A program made the position numbers and the translations under genes. A stretch of DNA of 64,000 nt from NCBI GenBank assembly GCA_964035575.1, contig OZ037843.1, forward strand, positions 868,001 through 932,000. Reading direction: 5' to 3'. The notes beneath the pieces were generated by a model. The model was given only the letters and a program-made list of their open reading frames with translations. It was not told where the DNA came from and ran no database searches. This document shows positions 32,710-44,142 of the stretch, piece after piece (the stretch's first letter is position 1; each line of letters opens with the position of its first letter). This DNA is from Rhynchopus sp. YZ270_cl-10 (taxonomy: Eukaryota).

Positions 32710-34710
32710 ATGGAACTCAACATCGAGGGCTTTGATGGTAAGACGTACGTCGTTGATGTGGATGTGCATGACACAGCGAAGGACCTGCGGCGGAAGGTGG
32801 CAACTACAACGGGGTTTGCTGAAGACAGCTTTGACTTCCACACACAGGGCTTCGGAGGGAACGACGAAGGAGAGGACATCAACATCACAGCGCTGAGTGC
32901 TGGCGACACGGTCCTTCTTACGCAGACAAAGAAGCAAGAATCCATTGCAGCTCTTGATGCCTTGGGTGAGACAAACCTCACACCAAGGAGGCTTGCGCGT
33001 GTGAAAGACCCCAAGGTGGTTCAGTTGTTTCTGCAGGCAGAAGTGGTAGCTACGACACCGAAATGGTTCCTGGCAAGCACAACGTTACGTAGCCTTGATC
33101 TGAGTGCCCCGTTGGCCATAACTGCGATTGATGACTGCTTTCTGTTTCGGTGTCGATCATTGAAATCAGTGGACTTGTCTGGGTTGAGCAACGTCACCCA
33201 CATAGGCGAGCAGTTCCTGGAAGGCTGTAGGGCGTTGGAAACAATCAACCTCTCAGGACTGAAAAACGTTACGACGATTCGAGATGGCTTCCTCGAAGGA
33301 TGCGAGTCGTTAGAAACCATCGACGTTGCAGGATTGAGCAGCGTCAAAAGCCTTGGGCAGTGCTTCTTGTCAGGTTGCACGTCGTTAGCCTCAATAGACT
33401 TTGCAGGATTGAGGAGTGTGACAAGCCTTGATCACTACTTCTTGGATGGCTGCACGTCGTTAACCTCAATCGACTTTGCAGGATTAAACAATATCACAGG
33501 CCTTGGGCACAGCTTCTTGTCACGTTGCACGTCGTTAACCTCAATTGACTTTGCAGGATTAAGCAGTACCACAAGCCTTGGGGAGTGCTTCTTGTCAGGT
33601 TGCACGTCTTTAACCTCAATCGACTTTGCAGGATTGGGCAGCGTCAAAAGCCTTGAGGACTACTTTTTGTCAGGCTGCACGTCTTTAACCTCAATTGGCT
33701 TTGCAGGTTTGAGCGGCGTCACAAGCCTTGAGGACTACTTCTTGTTAAATTGCACGTCGTTAACCTCAATCGACTTTGCAGGATTGGGCAGTGTCGCAAG
33801 CCTTGGGGAGTGCTTTTTGTCACGTTGTACGTCGTTAACCTCCATCAACTTTGCAGGTTTGAGCAATGTCACGAGCCTTGGGCACAGCTTTTTGTCAAAT
33901 TGCACGTCGTTAACCTCAGTAGATTGTGCAGGATTAAGCAGCGTCACAAGCCTTGGGGACTACTTCTTGCGTGGTTGCACGTCTTTAACCTCAATCGACT
34001 TCGCAGGTTTAAGCAGCGTCATAAGCCTTGGAGAGTGCTTCTTGTCACGTTGCACGTCGTTAGACTCAATCGACTTTGCAGGATTGAGGAGTGTCACAAG
34101 CCTTAATAGCTGCTTCTTAGATGATTGCACGTCGTTAACCTCAATCGATTTTGCAGGATTGGACAGTGTCACAAGCCTTAGACACAGCTTCTTGTCGGGT
34201 TGCACATCGCTAACTTCAATCGACTTTGCAGGGTTGCGCAGTGTCACACGCCTTGGGGACTACTTCTTGGATGGTTGCACGTCTTTAACCTCAATCGACT
34301 TTGCAGGATTAAGCAATGTCACAAGCCTTGGGCACAGCTTCTTGTCAGGTTGCGCGTCGTTAACTTCAATAAATTTTGCAGGTTTGAGCAGTGTCACAAG
34401 CCTTGAGGACTACTTCTTATATGGGTGCACGTCTTTAACCTCAATCGACTTTGCAGGATTAAGCAGCGTCACAAGCCGTGGGGACTACTTCTTAGATGGT
34501 TGCACATCTTTAACCCCTATAGACCTTGCAGGATTGGGCAGTGCCACAAGCCTTGGGGAGTGCTTCTTACATCGTTGCAGGACTTTAGCCTCAATCGCCT
34601 TTGCAGGGTTGGATGGCGTGGCACGAAGTGGGTGCAGGTTTCTTGTGGGTTGTTTCTTTTCTTTAAAAACATACGACTTTCCAGCGTGGAGCGCTATCCA
34701 GGGCAAATAG
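32710..34710 (+). CDS. Ubiquitin-like domain + ~20 BspA-type 25-aa LRRs
   Basis: MELNIEGFDGKTYVVDVDVHDTAKDLRRKV (Ubl-like), then GLxxVTSLxxxFLxxCTSLTSIDFA repeats with a 75-bp period. Confidence 0.85.
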   Translation: MELNIEGFDGKTYVVDVDVHDTAKDLRRKVATTTGFAEDSFDFHTQGFGGNDEGEDINITALSAGDTVLLTQTKKQESIAALDALGETNLTPRRLARVKDPKVVQLFLQAEVVATTPKWFLASTTLRSLDLSAPLAITAIDDCFLFRCRSLKSVDLSGLSNVTHIGEQFLEGCRALETINLSGLKNVTTIRDGFLEGCESLETIDVAGLSSVKSLGQCFLSGCTSLASIDFAGLRSVTSLDHYFLDGCTSLTSIDFAGLNNITGLGHSFLSRCTSLTSIDFAGLSSTTSLGECFLSGCTSLTSIDFAGLGSVKSLEDYFLSGCTSLTSIGFAGLSGVTSLEDYFLLNCTSLTSIDFAGLGSVASLGECFLSRCTSLTSINFAGLSNVTSLGHSFLSNCTSLTSVDCAGLSSVTSLGDYFLRGCTSLTSIDFAGLSSVISLGECFLSRCTSLDSIDFAGLRSVTSLNSCFLDDCTSLTSIDFAGLDSVTSLRHSFLSGCTSLTSIDFAGLRSVTRLGDYFLDGCTSLTSIDFAGLSNVTSLGHSFLSGCASLTSINFAGLSSVTSLEDYFLYGCTSLTSIDFAGLSSVTSRGDYFLDGCTSLTPIDLAGLGSATSLGECFLHRCRTLASIAFAGLDGVARSGCRFLVGCFFSLKTYDFPAWSAIQGK

Positions 34711-35226
34711 AAGTGTCTGTGGGGCACTGTGAAAAGCTACCGCCCAATATGAGCTGTCAGGCTGCATTTTTTTTGGGGGGAGGGGGAATCCAAACCCGCC
34801 ATCTGGTTGCAGACTTCAAATCTGTAGGCCAAGAAATTTGTCTCACAAGAAATCCCCAAATCCGCCAAACTTATTATTATCATTTGGAGTACTGCACACA
34901 TCCACTGCCACTATGCCTGTTAGACGCCTACGTTGCCAAGCCAGGCTTTCTTGAGTGGTGTCTCATGACCTTGCCCGCTCCCTAACAGCCCAAAAGGATA
35001 GACCACCAAGGGCAATGGACCTAGAGTTTATCCGGGGTCCACGGTGTCCCCGACCCCCCCGAGTTACAGGTATACTCTTGCACCACTCTGCACCCCTCTT
35101 TAAACCCTCCTAAACGTCATCCGGGGATCGGGGGATTTTACCCTCAATAGTGACCAGGTACCTTTGCCCCCCCCTTTGCCCCCTCCCCTCCTCACACCTT
35201 CTTGTTCTCCCCCTTTCACGCCAATT

Positions 35227-36405
35227 ATGGAAATTCCTTGTATTTTAGATGTTTCGGGGGAGAGTGCGGTGGTTGCAGTCACTCCTGAGGAGACCGGGGG
35301 GTCATATACTGTGAAGGCAGCGCAAGCTCTGATGGGGGATGCAAGCACGGTGGGGCTGCAGCTCACCGCTGGGGGCACGGTGGTGGCAGCTTCAGAACGT
35401 CTCTGCGACGTCGCAACAGACGCGCCATTACGTCTCGAGATCTGCCCTGTGGCCGTCCGCTGCCCGCACACCTTCCACCTGCCCTCCTTCTCACCTTCGC
35501 TCTGCCTTTCACCACGCCAGAGCATCCTTTTCTCCGCATCCTCTCAAACCCTCTCCGCTCACTCCACCACAACAGGCGCGCACCTCTGGAGCACCACCAC
35601 CTATGGACTAAACCAACTCATCTGTTCCCCATCAGGCCACCATCTTTACACTGCAGGACGTTATGGTGTCTCACGCTATACACTTCTCGATGGCATGCCA
35701 TCCGCCACCGAGCTCTTTGCGGGGGCTGTGGTGCGCTTCTTTCTGTCCGATGCAACTCCGATCTGCCTCTGCGAGCGAAACGCCGAGGTTTGGGTTGTGG
35801 TTCTCGATAGCGAAATCCGGGGCGTTGTGTTTGAATGGTTATTGTGTGGGGAGGAAGAGAACCTCGGGGTGTGCGGGACCCCAGATGGGGTTGCAGTGGT
35901 GAGCGCTGAGGAGGTGACAGTGAGGTCGAAGGAGGGTGTCATTCTCCGTTCAGGCGGGTCTGGTGGGGTGTCCATTGCGTGCAGTGTGTCCGGTCAGTTA
36001 GCAGTCGGAAGGGACGATGGTAGTGTCGTGGTGCTTGATGGAGCGACCCTCGTTGTGCTCTACTCGCTTGAGTCTCAAGACGATGGGGAACGTAACGCAA
36101 CAGTGCATTTTTCTCCCTGCGGCCGTCTCCTCGCCTCCACAACAGAAAGGGATGAGGACGAAGAGGAAGAGGAAGGGGAAAGCCCGTACAACGTCTGCAT
36201 CTGGGAGGGCGCGCGGCGCTGTGTGCGGCAGGGCACGCAGGACACAGAGGAGGTGCTGTTCTCGTGGTGTTCGCAGTACCTTTTCCGTCCGTTGTGGATG
36301 CGGCGGAAGTTTTGTGTGGTCGTGGAACCGGTGCTGCCTCAGGGAGAGGAGGAAGAGAGAGAAAAGAAAGAAGAAGAGGAAGAAGAGGAGGAGGAGGAAG
36401 AGTGA
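35227..36405 (+). CDS. Putative Ubl-like N-terminus + WD40-like beta-propeller with poly-Glu tail
   Basis: Repeats such as ICSPSGHHLYTAG, GQLAVGRDDGSVVVLD and VHFSPCGRLLAS. The Ubl call rests on pattern only. Confidence 0.55.
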   Translation: MEIPCILDVSGESAVVAVTPEETGGSYTVKAAQALMGDASTVGLQLTAGGTVVAASERLCDVATDAPLRLEICPVAVRCPHTFHLPSFSPSLCLSPRQSILFSASSQTLSAHSTTTGAHLWSTTTYGLNQLICSPSGHHLYTAGRYGVSRYTLLDGMPSATELFAGAVVRFFLSDATPICLCERNAEVWVVVLDSEIRGVVFEWLLCGEEENLGVCGTPDGVAVVSAEEVTVRSKEGVILRSGGSGGVSIACSVSGQLAVGRDDGSVVVLDGATLVVLYSLESQDDGERNATVHFSPCGRLLASTTERDEDEEEEEGESPYNVCIWEGARRCVRQGTQDTEEVLFSWCSQYLFRPLWMRRKFCVVVEPVLPQGEEEEREKKEEEEEEEEEEE

Positions 36406-36444
36406 GGATAAGGGATCCGGCGGGGGGGGGGGGGGGGGGGGGGG

Positions 36445-37634
36445 TAGGTGGGGGCAAAACCTTCAGGACGGGTGAGGCATTTTGACTTTTTTGGACTTCC
36501 GCGCAAAGTACCCACAAACCACCCCTCATACCCACCCAGAAATGGGTCAGAAACACCCTGTGACCCGAAAATCCATGCTAAGGGCGACTCAGAATATGAA
36601 AAAATGCAAAAAAATAGTGAAAAAGTGGCCTTTTGACGGTTTTGGCCATGTTGGGTAAAATGGCCATTTTTGGACAAAAAAATCAAAAAAACAGCAAAAT
36701 TTCGACGTCATGACAGCTGCTTGGGCACAAACCTACCCCAGGGAGGTCCTGTGAGTCCATTCCGACCTGTTTTGGACACTTTAGGTACTTTTTTTGGCCG
36801 TTTTTTGGTGTTTTTAGGTCAAAAAACATCCCCGGACTATCCCCGGACTATCCCCGGACCGGACTTGCGCCCTGCTTTCAGACCCACTCTGGGCCAAAAA
36901 ATGGGTGAAAACCCCCGAAAAAGCACTCCGGGAACCCAGATAGTTCCAAATATCCACCAGAAACCCACCCAAACACCTCAAAAACATGCCAGAAAAATAT
37001 TTTTAAAAACACACTTTTTCAAATAAGTTATTATGGAACCTGCCCAGATGAACTTTTTGAAAAAAGTGTGTTTTTGAAAATATTTTTCTGGCATGTTTTT
37101 GAGGTGTTTGGGTGGGTTTCTAGTGGATATTTGGAACTATCTGGGTTCCCGGAGTGCTTTTTCGGGGGTTTTCACCTATTTTTTGGCCCAGAGTGGGTCC
37201 AAAAGCAGGGCGCAAGTCGCGGCCCAGGGACGTCCAGGGTAAAGTCCAGGGTATTTTTTGACCTAAAAACACCAAAAAACGGCCAAAAAAAGTACCTAAA
37301 GTGTCCAAAACAGGTCGGAATGGACTCACAGGACCTCCCTGGGGTAGGTTTGTGCCCAAGCAGCTGTCATGACGTCGAAATTTTGCTGTTTTTTTGATTT
37401 TTTTGTCCAAAAATGGCCATTTTACCCAACATGGCCAAAACCGTCAAAAGGCCACTTTTTCACTATTTTTTTGCATTTTTTCATATTCTGAGTCGCCCTT
37501 AGCATGGATTTTCGGGTCACAGGGTGTTTCTGACCCATTTCTGGGTGGGTATGAGGGGTGGTTTGTACGTACTTTGCGCGGAAGTCCAAAAAAGTCAAAA
37601 TGCCTCAAAAAAATAGGGGTTTTGCCCCCACCTA
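36445..37634. mobile_element. TAGG..CCTA foldback element flanked by poly-G
   Basis: ~570-bp inverted arms around a ~30-bp spacer; G-runs at 36422-36444 and 37635-37652. Confidence 0.9.
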
Positions 37635-38539
37635 GGGGGGGGGGGGGGGGGGAAATGGTAGTGTGCCTGCGGCGGAGCCCCTGAAAAATGTTGTGTACTG
37701 TGGGATGCTCGAGATCTTGTCAAAACACCTGTATCCCCCTCCCCCCCGGTTTGTTTTATCATCTTCTGTTGTTGACCGCAGGGTACTATAATAAGAGACT
37801 ACTGCTTTTTCATCCAGAGCTGGTCTCAGAGTGGGTCAGTCGGAGGTGCCTGCATTAATAACTTCACATTGTCTCCCCTTCTCTTTAGTGCTCCACGACA
37901 CTTTCTGTACTTTAGGGCAAATACGTACCGTAAATTTGTATTATTTAGTTGTATATGTTTGCCTTAGGGATGCTGCGAACGCGGAAAGCACTGTTTTCAA
38001 AATGACATTTTTCTTTTCCTTTTTCAAAGCAATTTATTTACCGAGATCCTTTCCCACCACCTATCCTTGGGAAAGCGAGAGAGAGAGAGAGAAACCAACC
38101 CGAGAGAAATCCCAAAACCCACCTTAGGTTTTACCCCCTCTGATCTTTATTGGTCTACTAACATTTTATAAGGTGACTAAGCACGAGAGGCTTAGGGTCA
38201 TCTTATAAACTTTTCTTTTATTCCCCCCACCCTCCCTTTTTCCCATATTTATATTGTCACGGTTGGGCTTTCTTTTCCACTTTATTCTTCTTATTTCTCT
38301 TTTTCATTTCAATCCCAGAGTCCAGGGAATTCACAGGATTTTTGGCTCTCTCCAATCCATGTGAACCTTTCTCCACAACGCATTTTCTGTGATCAGCTGG
38401 CGGTCGATCAACATGAACAGCAGAAGCGGGCGATCTTCTTCCCCGCATGCTGTATAGTAGGTCTGTTCTTCGCAATCATCTTCCGGATCCTTGCAGGCGG
38501 TGCAAATCACAAAGCTGGAGGGCCTCCCTCCGCATCGTC

Positions 38540-38640
38540 GAAAAACACTGCCACCCACCCCCCAATACAGAAACCTGTTTTTGTCCCCAGACATCCCCCC
38601 TGTTTTGGATACGGAGTGCCCTTTTTTGTGTTGTAAAAAT
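38540..38640. repeat. ~100-bp dispersed repeat (second copy 50950-51040)
   Basis: gaaaaacact.ccaccc.cccccaatacagaaa.ctgtttttgtccccagac..gttttggatacggagtgcc shared. Confidence 0.7.
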
Positions 38641-39030
38641 AAATTTAGTTCTTCAACTTATTCTGAACTGTCCTTCCTCATTGCACCTTTGCTTTTCAGT
38701 ACCTAGTGTTGTTCTCTGCTTGAGTTCGTTGACGACACCGTTTCATTGTTGCCGTGGTGCATCTGTTCAGTGGGTCGATGTTGATATGGGATTTGTGCTC
38801 AAGGGGCAGAGAGACGTCCAGGTGGCGGAGGTTGAGGCTTGCAATTGATGTGTGGCGGTTCTGTCTACTGCATCCCTGGTGTGTTTCCTAACTTCGGCCT
38901 GGTGTTCTCGCCTTGCCTCGGTGGCCCATATAAGTGTGCTTCGGAGTGAGCCATACACCTTTCTTTATGCCTCGTGGACCACACACCACATATCCCCCAG
39001 TACTCTCTTCCCTTTTCTGTACACAGAACA

Positions 39031-41649
39031 ATGGTGTCATGCGGGATCCAATCGCTGACAGTGCTGCTGTGTGTGATGCTGATCCTGTCGACAGGCGCGA
39101 TCATCGGTGGCTTCACTCTGTCAACATGGGACGACCTTCTGGAGAAGGCACGTGACACAGGTGACGAGGGCTTCGGGATGTGTCTCAACAGTGGCACGGC
39201 AGACATCGAAACGGTCTCGTCTCAATACCTCTACTCTGTGCTTGGCAGTGTGGACTCAGCGGTGAAGGAGTACCTGAAGGTGCCTGAGCAGCTTCTCCTG
39301 ACACTTGGAAATGTGGCAAAGGCACACCACCCAAATGTCACCACAAACCCCACCTTCAGGAGCACGATAAACCCAGCAATCCTGTCGGCGTTCAAATCTT
39401 CGTCTATGTTCGGCGTAGCTTCCATTAATCACGAGACGTACCCTTGGTCTGCGGCACACCCGGTCCCTTGGATTAAGAAGAACGGGAAGTTTGCGGGTTG
39501 GGGGCACAGGGTGACGTACACATCTCACTCAGCGCAGTCCGGGATTGTTTCCCCTGACGCAGACCCTGGGTTTATGGTATTTGAAGATAGAGATAAGGTT
39601 ACGTTGCAACCAGGTATTTCTGACTATATTGCTGGGGCTGACAGCGATGCACTGGGTAGAATCAAGGAGTCGGATCTGTCTTTGCCGTGCAACAACAGGC
39701 CGAACTACGCTCTGAACGAATCGCGGGGGCTTTGCTTCATACCTATTGCTATAGTGGAGGTGGGCGCCGTATCGGACCAACGCGGAAGGCAACTGCACTA
39801 TCTGCACGCTGGCGAGCCACCCCTCAACCCCACAGACGAGCTTGTGTACTCCCGTATGCAGGTGGCAATGAGCCACACATTCTGGACTCTGAGCTACACC
39901 TATACGAACCCAGATATGTACACGATGTACCCCAAGCAGGGGAAACGTGTTGGTTGTGTGAACGCAGTTATTACGTCGCAGGGTGTCACAGACGCGGTGC
40001 AGAACCAGCTGCTCCCGAAGGGTACGTCTCTCTACCTGGTCGAGGAAGACCACGAAACACAGTCAACTGGAGCAGTTGTGGCATACAACAGAGGGCGTCA
40101 TTCCAGGCAGGTAGCTGTCTACATGCCACCACCGATAGACATGACAACAAATTTTGCTGTCACGATCAACATCACAAACCACTCCCTGGACGATGCAACG
40201 TTGCACATCCCCTCAGTGATTGCAGAGCACGGGCGGTTTGCGTTCACACACCAGCGGAACTACAAAGACCTTGTGGAGAAGACAGAGGACTCCTTCCTGA
40301 AGTGGTCTGACTCGAACGGCACAGAGTTCTGGACGATGACGTCAACAATCAAGCACAGAGCAATCTTGTGGTACGCGAATCTTCTAGTACCGAGGACGTC
40401 TGTGATGGACTCGATTGATGCGTCGACGAATGCAATCCGTGCGAAGGTGGCATCAGATCTGTCCTCTGCAGACGCACAGAAGGAGGATGCGGTGATTGTG
40501 ATGGTGATTGTGACGGCTGTTGCGGTCATCGGACTTCTTGCCGTTGCTGTTGTGTTCACACGCTACATCACGTCACCTCTGCTGAAGCTTGGGAGAGAGA
40601 TGGCAAGTGTGGCTGTGATGGACCTGGAGGCTGTGGACACGGGCCGTGCAGTGTCGCAGCTGAGTGAAGTGGGGATGATGCAGCGCAGCTTTGTTACCAT
40701 GGTGGCGAACCTGGTGGAGTACCGGAACTACATGCCGCAGAGTGTGCTTGTCAACGACAGTGACAAAGAGGAAGTGTCAGAGACGGAACTTACACAGGAT
40801 ACGAAGTCGCAGTCAGGCATGTCCAAGCATTCGCAGTCATCCAGTTCAGTTAATGTGATGCAGAACCAGAAGGCACTGCTGCGTGTGGAAGGGATGAAGA
40901 AGAAGAAGGTGTCGCTGGCACACATGAACGTCTTGTCGTGGCATGCCTTCTGCAAGAAGCACAAGGATGCAGAGGTAATCTCCACACACGGTGGTGTGAT
41001 TGAGAGGATCCTGGCAGCAGTGCAACGCAACAAGGGTGTGTGTGACACGTTTTCTGGCGACAAGATGCTTGCCACCTTCAACGCCTTTGTTCCGAAGCCG
41101 TCGCACGGTGTTGCCTGTGTGAAGGCTGCGCACGAAGCAGCAACAGAACTTGGTGATGTGCACAAGATCTCGTATGGGTGCACGTCAGGTGAGGCACGTG
41201 TCGGGAACATGGGTTGCAACGGGATGAAGAAGGTGTCGATTCTTTCGCAGTCCATGTCGTGGGTGGTTGTGCTTGAGCGTTGGAACAAGAAGGAGAACCT
41301 GCCTGGTGTCATCGACCGCAACGTGTCACGTGAGGCGGAGGGACAGGTGGTGCTCCGTTGTGCAGGTGCTGTGCTGTATCAGAAGTTCAGTGAGAAGGTG
41401 CAGACTGTGTTTGCTGTGAAGGGTCTGTGCAGCAGCGAAAACGAGGAGTGGATGTACCAGCTGGAGTCTGCCTCAAACAACCCGCACGCACTGTGGAACG
41501 AGGTCTTCGAGCACATCATCAAGCAGGACTTTGAGAAGGCGTCTTCTCTGCTGGACAGCGTCGCTCAGGACCAACGCACACCTTACGAAGAGCTTATGGG
41601 CTATGTGCGGGAGAAGGCTTATGCACCGTTCGTTGTGGTCATGCACTGA
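39031..41649 (+). CDS. Receptor-type pseudo-cyclase: TM, large extracellular sensor (Cache-like?), TM, HAMP, degenerate cyclase, EWMY
   Basis: Two TM helices; HAMP-like ITSPLLKL..LSEVGMMQRSFVTM; SLAHMNV..DTFSGDKMLATFN lacking the first Asp, Lys and NxxxR. Confidence 0.8.
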   Translation: MVSCGIQSLTVLLCVMLILSTGAIIGGFTLSTWDDLLEKARDTGDEGFGMCLNSGTADIETVSSQYLYSVLGSVDSAVKEYLKVPEQLLLTLGNVAKAHHPNVTTNPTFRSTINPAILSAFKSSSMFGVASINHETYPWSAAHPVPWIKKNGKFAGWGHRVTYTSHSAQSGIVSPDADPGFMVFEDRDKVTLQPGISDYIAGADSDALGRIKESDLSLPCNNRPNYALNESRGLCFIPIAIVEVGAVSDQRGRQLHYLHAGEPPLNPTDELVYSRMQVAMSHTFWTLSYTYTNPDMYTMYPKQGKRVGCVNAVITSQGVTDAVQNQLLPKGTSLYLVEEDHETQSTGAVVAYNRGRHSRQVAVYMPPPIDMTTNFAVTINITNHSLDDATLHIPSVIAEHGRFAFTHQRNYKDLVEKTEDSFLKWSDSNGTEFWTMTSTIKHRAILWYANLLVPRTSVMDSIDASTNAIRAKVASDLSSADAQKEDAVIVMVIVTAVAVIGLLAVAVVFTRYITSPLLKLGREMASVAVMDLEAVDTGRAVSQLSEVGMMQRSFVTMVANLVEYRNYMPQSVLVNDSDKEEVSETELTQDTKSQSGMSKHSQSSSSVNVMQNQKALLRVEGMKKKKVSLAHMNVLSWHAFCKKHKDAEVISTHGGVIERILAAVQRNKGVCDTFSGDKMLATFNAFVPKPSHGVACVKAAHEAATELGDVHKISYGCTSGEARVGNMGCNGMKKVSILSQSMSWVVVLERWNKKENLPGVIDRNVSREAEGQVVLRCAGAVLYQKFSEKVQTVFAVKGLCSSENEEWMYQLESASNNPHALWNEVFEHIIKQDFEKASSLLDSVAQDQRTPYEELMGYVREKAYAPFVVVMH

Positions 41650-42408
41650 GGTTACGTTTTATTGTTATTCTGTGCAGCATAATAGTTCATATTCATGTGC
41701 ACTTACGTTTGTTTCACGTTCCTTTGTGCCGTAGACGTCTGTCAGTATCACTCCTGGAGAGCCTTCCGCACGGCTGTGGCAGTGGTGACGCTCTGCAGGG
41801 TGTCCTGCTCTCAAGAGTTTTGTTGTCTTCTTCATTAATTGTGCTATTTTTGTATTGTTTGTGAAGTGGCTTTACAGTCACCACTCCCTGGAACAAGACG
41901 TCCTTCTGTAGCCAGTGCACAGACTCACTCTTAGGGTGGGGTGCTGCACTCAGCGAGACAATCTGCATATTCATTTGTAATTATTCAGTAGTTTTCAGAA
42001 CACTCCATTTTCCATGGTGCATATATGCCACCCTTCTGGTGGTTGCATTAACCTTGTGGTTATGAACTGTCCACAGGTCAAACCTGGGGGTACCAGACTG
42101 TCCTTGTCCCCCTTTTTATTTCTCCCCTTCCCCCTTCTAGTGATGGCTGTATTCTTACCTATCATAAATAATACAGCACAACACTGCTGGTGACGCACCA
42201 CAGTTGTATTCAGCATTTAGGGCAAGCCATGAACCATTGTACCTGTTGCGTTTCCTCTGCACATCCGTGGCGATGTTCAGGAACGCCTTTTCCAGCCATC
42301 TCCCGTTTTTATTTTGCACACAGAGTCTGTCTTCCTTGCTTCGAACAAAATAATCCAACCTCACCACTTACGAAGGCAATAATACACCTTTACACACCAC
42401 AGTGCACA

Positions 42409-44142
42409 ATGGGCTGTCTCGAGCGTGCACTGTCGCTTGACGGGACACTGGACACGCACAGCAGACTCATACGCACTCTCTGCTTTTTCTTCAACTGCGT
42501 TACATTCGTAACAGGGATTCTGTTTACTGTGACAGAGGTGCAGAGTTTACATGGTAGGTATCAGTTTTTGGGATGTATTTTTTTAGGCATGCTGAACAGC
42601 TTGTGTTCGATGATTTTCATTATGCTAAAGTACAAGCTGACCACGTTCGTTATCGTGACAGAGTCCGCATTTTACTATATTGCGCTGGTGGTCATGGACA
42701 TAAGTTGGCGAGTTGAGTACGAAAACGCGTGGCCAATGATCGTGCTTTTGGTGGACTTTCTCTTGGTAATGCAAGTGCCCACACGGTACAGCACAATTGT
42801 CGTGGTGTGCACACTGGTGTATTTGGTCATCATCGCTGCAGAAGAAACGTGGAGGTTTGGTCTGCTCGACATGCCCGGGCTCGCGTATCAAGAACATCGA
42901 CGTTCCTACTTAGATAGCATGGGTGACTGTGATGTGCTGCCCTGCAAGAAGAGCGGAGCTGTGAACAACTTAGCATTTGCAGCTATCGTCTTCTTTGTTG
43001 ACTTTATTGTGACGCGAGGCTTTGCACGTGGTCTCCTGAAGGAGCAGGCATCAATGCAACGCACAATCGCGACAGTGCAGGACATCGCCTCGCTCCTTGC
43101 TGGCTACGACGTGGAGAAGGTGGCGGAGCTGCTGGAGGAGCACGGTGGTGAGCTGCCTGACGGGATGACGACAGCACTGCGGAAGTTGGAGCAGAACCTG
43201 CGTGTGTACAAGGCGTACCTCCCGCAGACGTGTCTGCCGTTTGAGGACGAGAAGGACGAATGTGTGGAACCTGGTAGTGAGCAGGATGGCACTGGCAGTA
43301 ACGATGAAACCACAGTGTCAGCGGCAACATCGAGCATGTTGTCTCCAGTTGCGGCTACACGCCCTTCCTTTTGGCTGCAGCCTCTCCTGCTCTCATCCAC
43401 AAATGCAACACTGCTGACACTGAACATCAAAGACACCCTGCACCGCCTGGAGGAGGACAGTGCACAGTTCTCCGACCTCTTCACAACTGTTCTTCTGAAG
43501 ACCCTGCAGGCAACAGACAGCAGACGTGGGATGGTGGACGTCTTTGTTGGGGACAAGATCCACTGTTCGTTCAACGCGTCGAAGCAGTGTGCGTCGCACG
43601 CAACCTCAGCACTGCACGCAGCAAGTGCGATCATGAAAGCTGGCCTGGCAGCCTCTGTGAACGTGGGTGTTGCAATGGGGACAGTGCTGCGTGGTGACAT
43701 GGGTTGTGATGTGATGCGCCGCTTCAGCATGGTGGGGACACTTGTGCGTAACGTGCACGGGATGGAACGTGCAGGACGTATGCTGGGGTGCGACGTTGTC
43801 TGCAACAGGATGTGCTTCAGCGACGCTGAGTGCGAACACGACCTGCGTCTGCTTCCGTGCAAGGTGGAGGTTGCTCAAGACTGCGAGGCACAGGTTGTGG
43901 CTGAGCTGGTTTCGAAGAACGAAGATATTTTGGAAATCTCAAATGCAACAAACGAATGGATGTACCAGATAGGTGGGAAGAAGCACTGGGATTTGTACAA
44001 CACAGTGGTGCGTGGGTACCTGCGTGGTGAGAGCTGTGACACGGACGTTGCAAAGGCGTGGGTGGAGGCGGGTGGGAGTGGCACACCAGCACACGCAGTT
44101 CCTTCCGGGACGTGCAGTGTTGTGTGTTCCTATCTTCGGTGA
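42409..44142 (+). CDS. 6TM pseudo-cyclase copy D
   Basis: Intact paralog closest to copy A; also shares ~110 bp of 3' flank with it. Confidence 0.8.
   Translation: MGCLERALSLDGTLDTHSRLIRTLCFFFNCVTFVTGILFTVTEVQSLHGRYQFLGCIFLGMLNSLCSMIFIMLKYKLTTFVIVTESAFYYIALVVMDISWRVEYENAWPMIVLLVDFLLVMQVPTRYSTIVVVCTLVYLVIIAAEETWRFGLLDMPGLAYQEHRRSYLDSMGDCDVLPCKKSGAVNNLAFAAIVFFVDFIVTRGFARGLLKEQASMQRTIATVQDIASLLAGYDVEKVAELLEEHGGELPDGMTTALRKLEQNLRVYKAYLPQTCLPFEDEKDECVEPGSEQDGTGSNDETTVSAATSSMLSPVAATRPSFWLQPLLLSSTNATLLTLNIKDTLHRLEEDSAQFSDLFTTVLLKTLQATDSRRGMVDVFVGDKIHCSFNASKQCASHATSALHAASAIMKAGLAASVNVGVAMGTVLRGDMGCDVMRRFSMVGTLVRNVHGMERAGRMLGCDVVCNRMCFSDAECEHDLRLLPCKVEVAQDCEAQVVAELVSKNEDILEISNATNEWMYQIGGKKHWDLYNTVVRGYLRGESCDTDVAKAWVEAGGSGTPAHAVPSGTCSVVCSYLR

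Noticed and set aside
33181..34655. CRISPR-like or DGR-like repeat array
   Set aside because: The repeats are in-frame LRR codons, variation is not adenine-specific, and no reverse transcriptase is present.
38331..38594. Cys-containing minus-strand ORF resembling a zinc finger
   Set aside because: Short, overlaps a dispersed repeat, and has no convincing ligand spacing.
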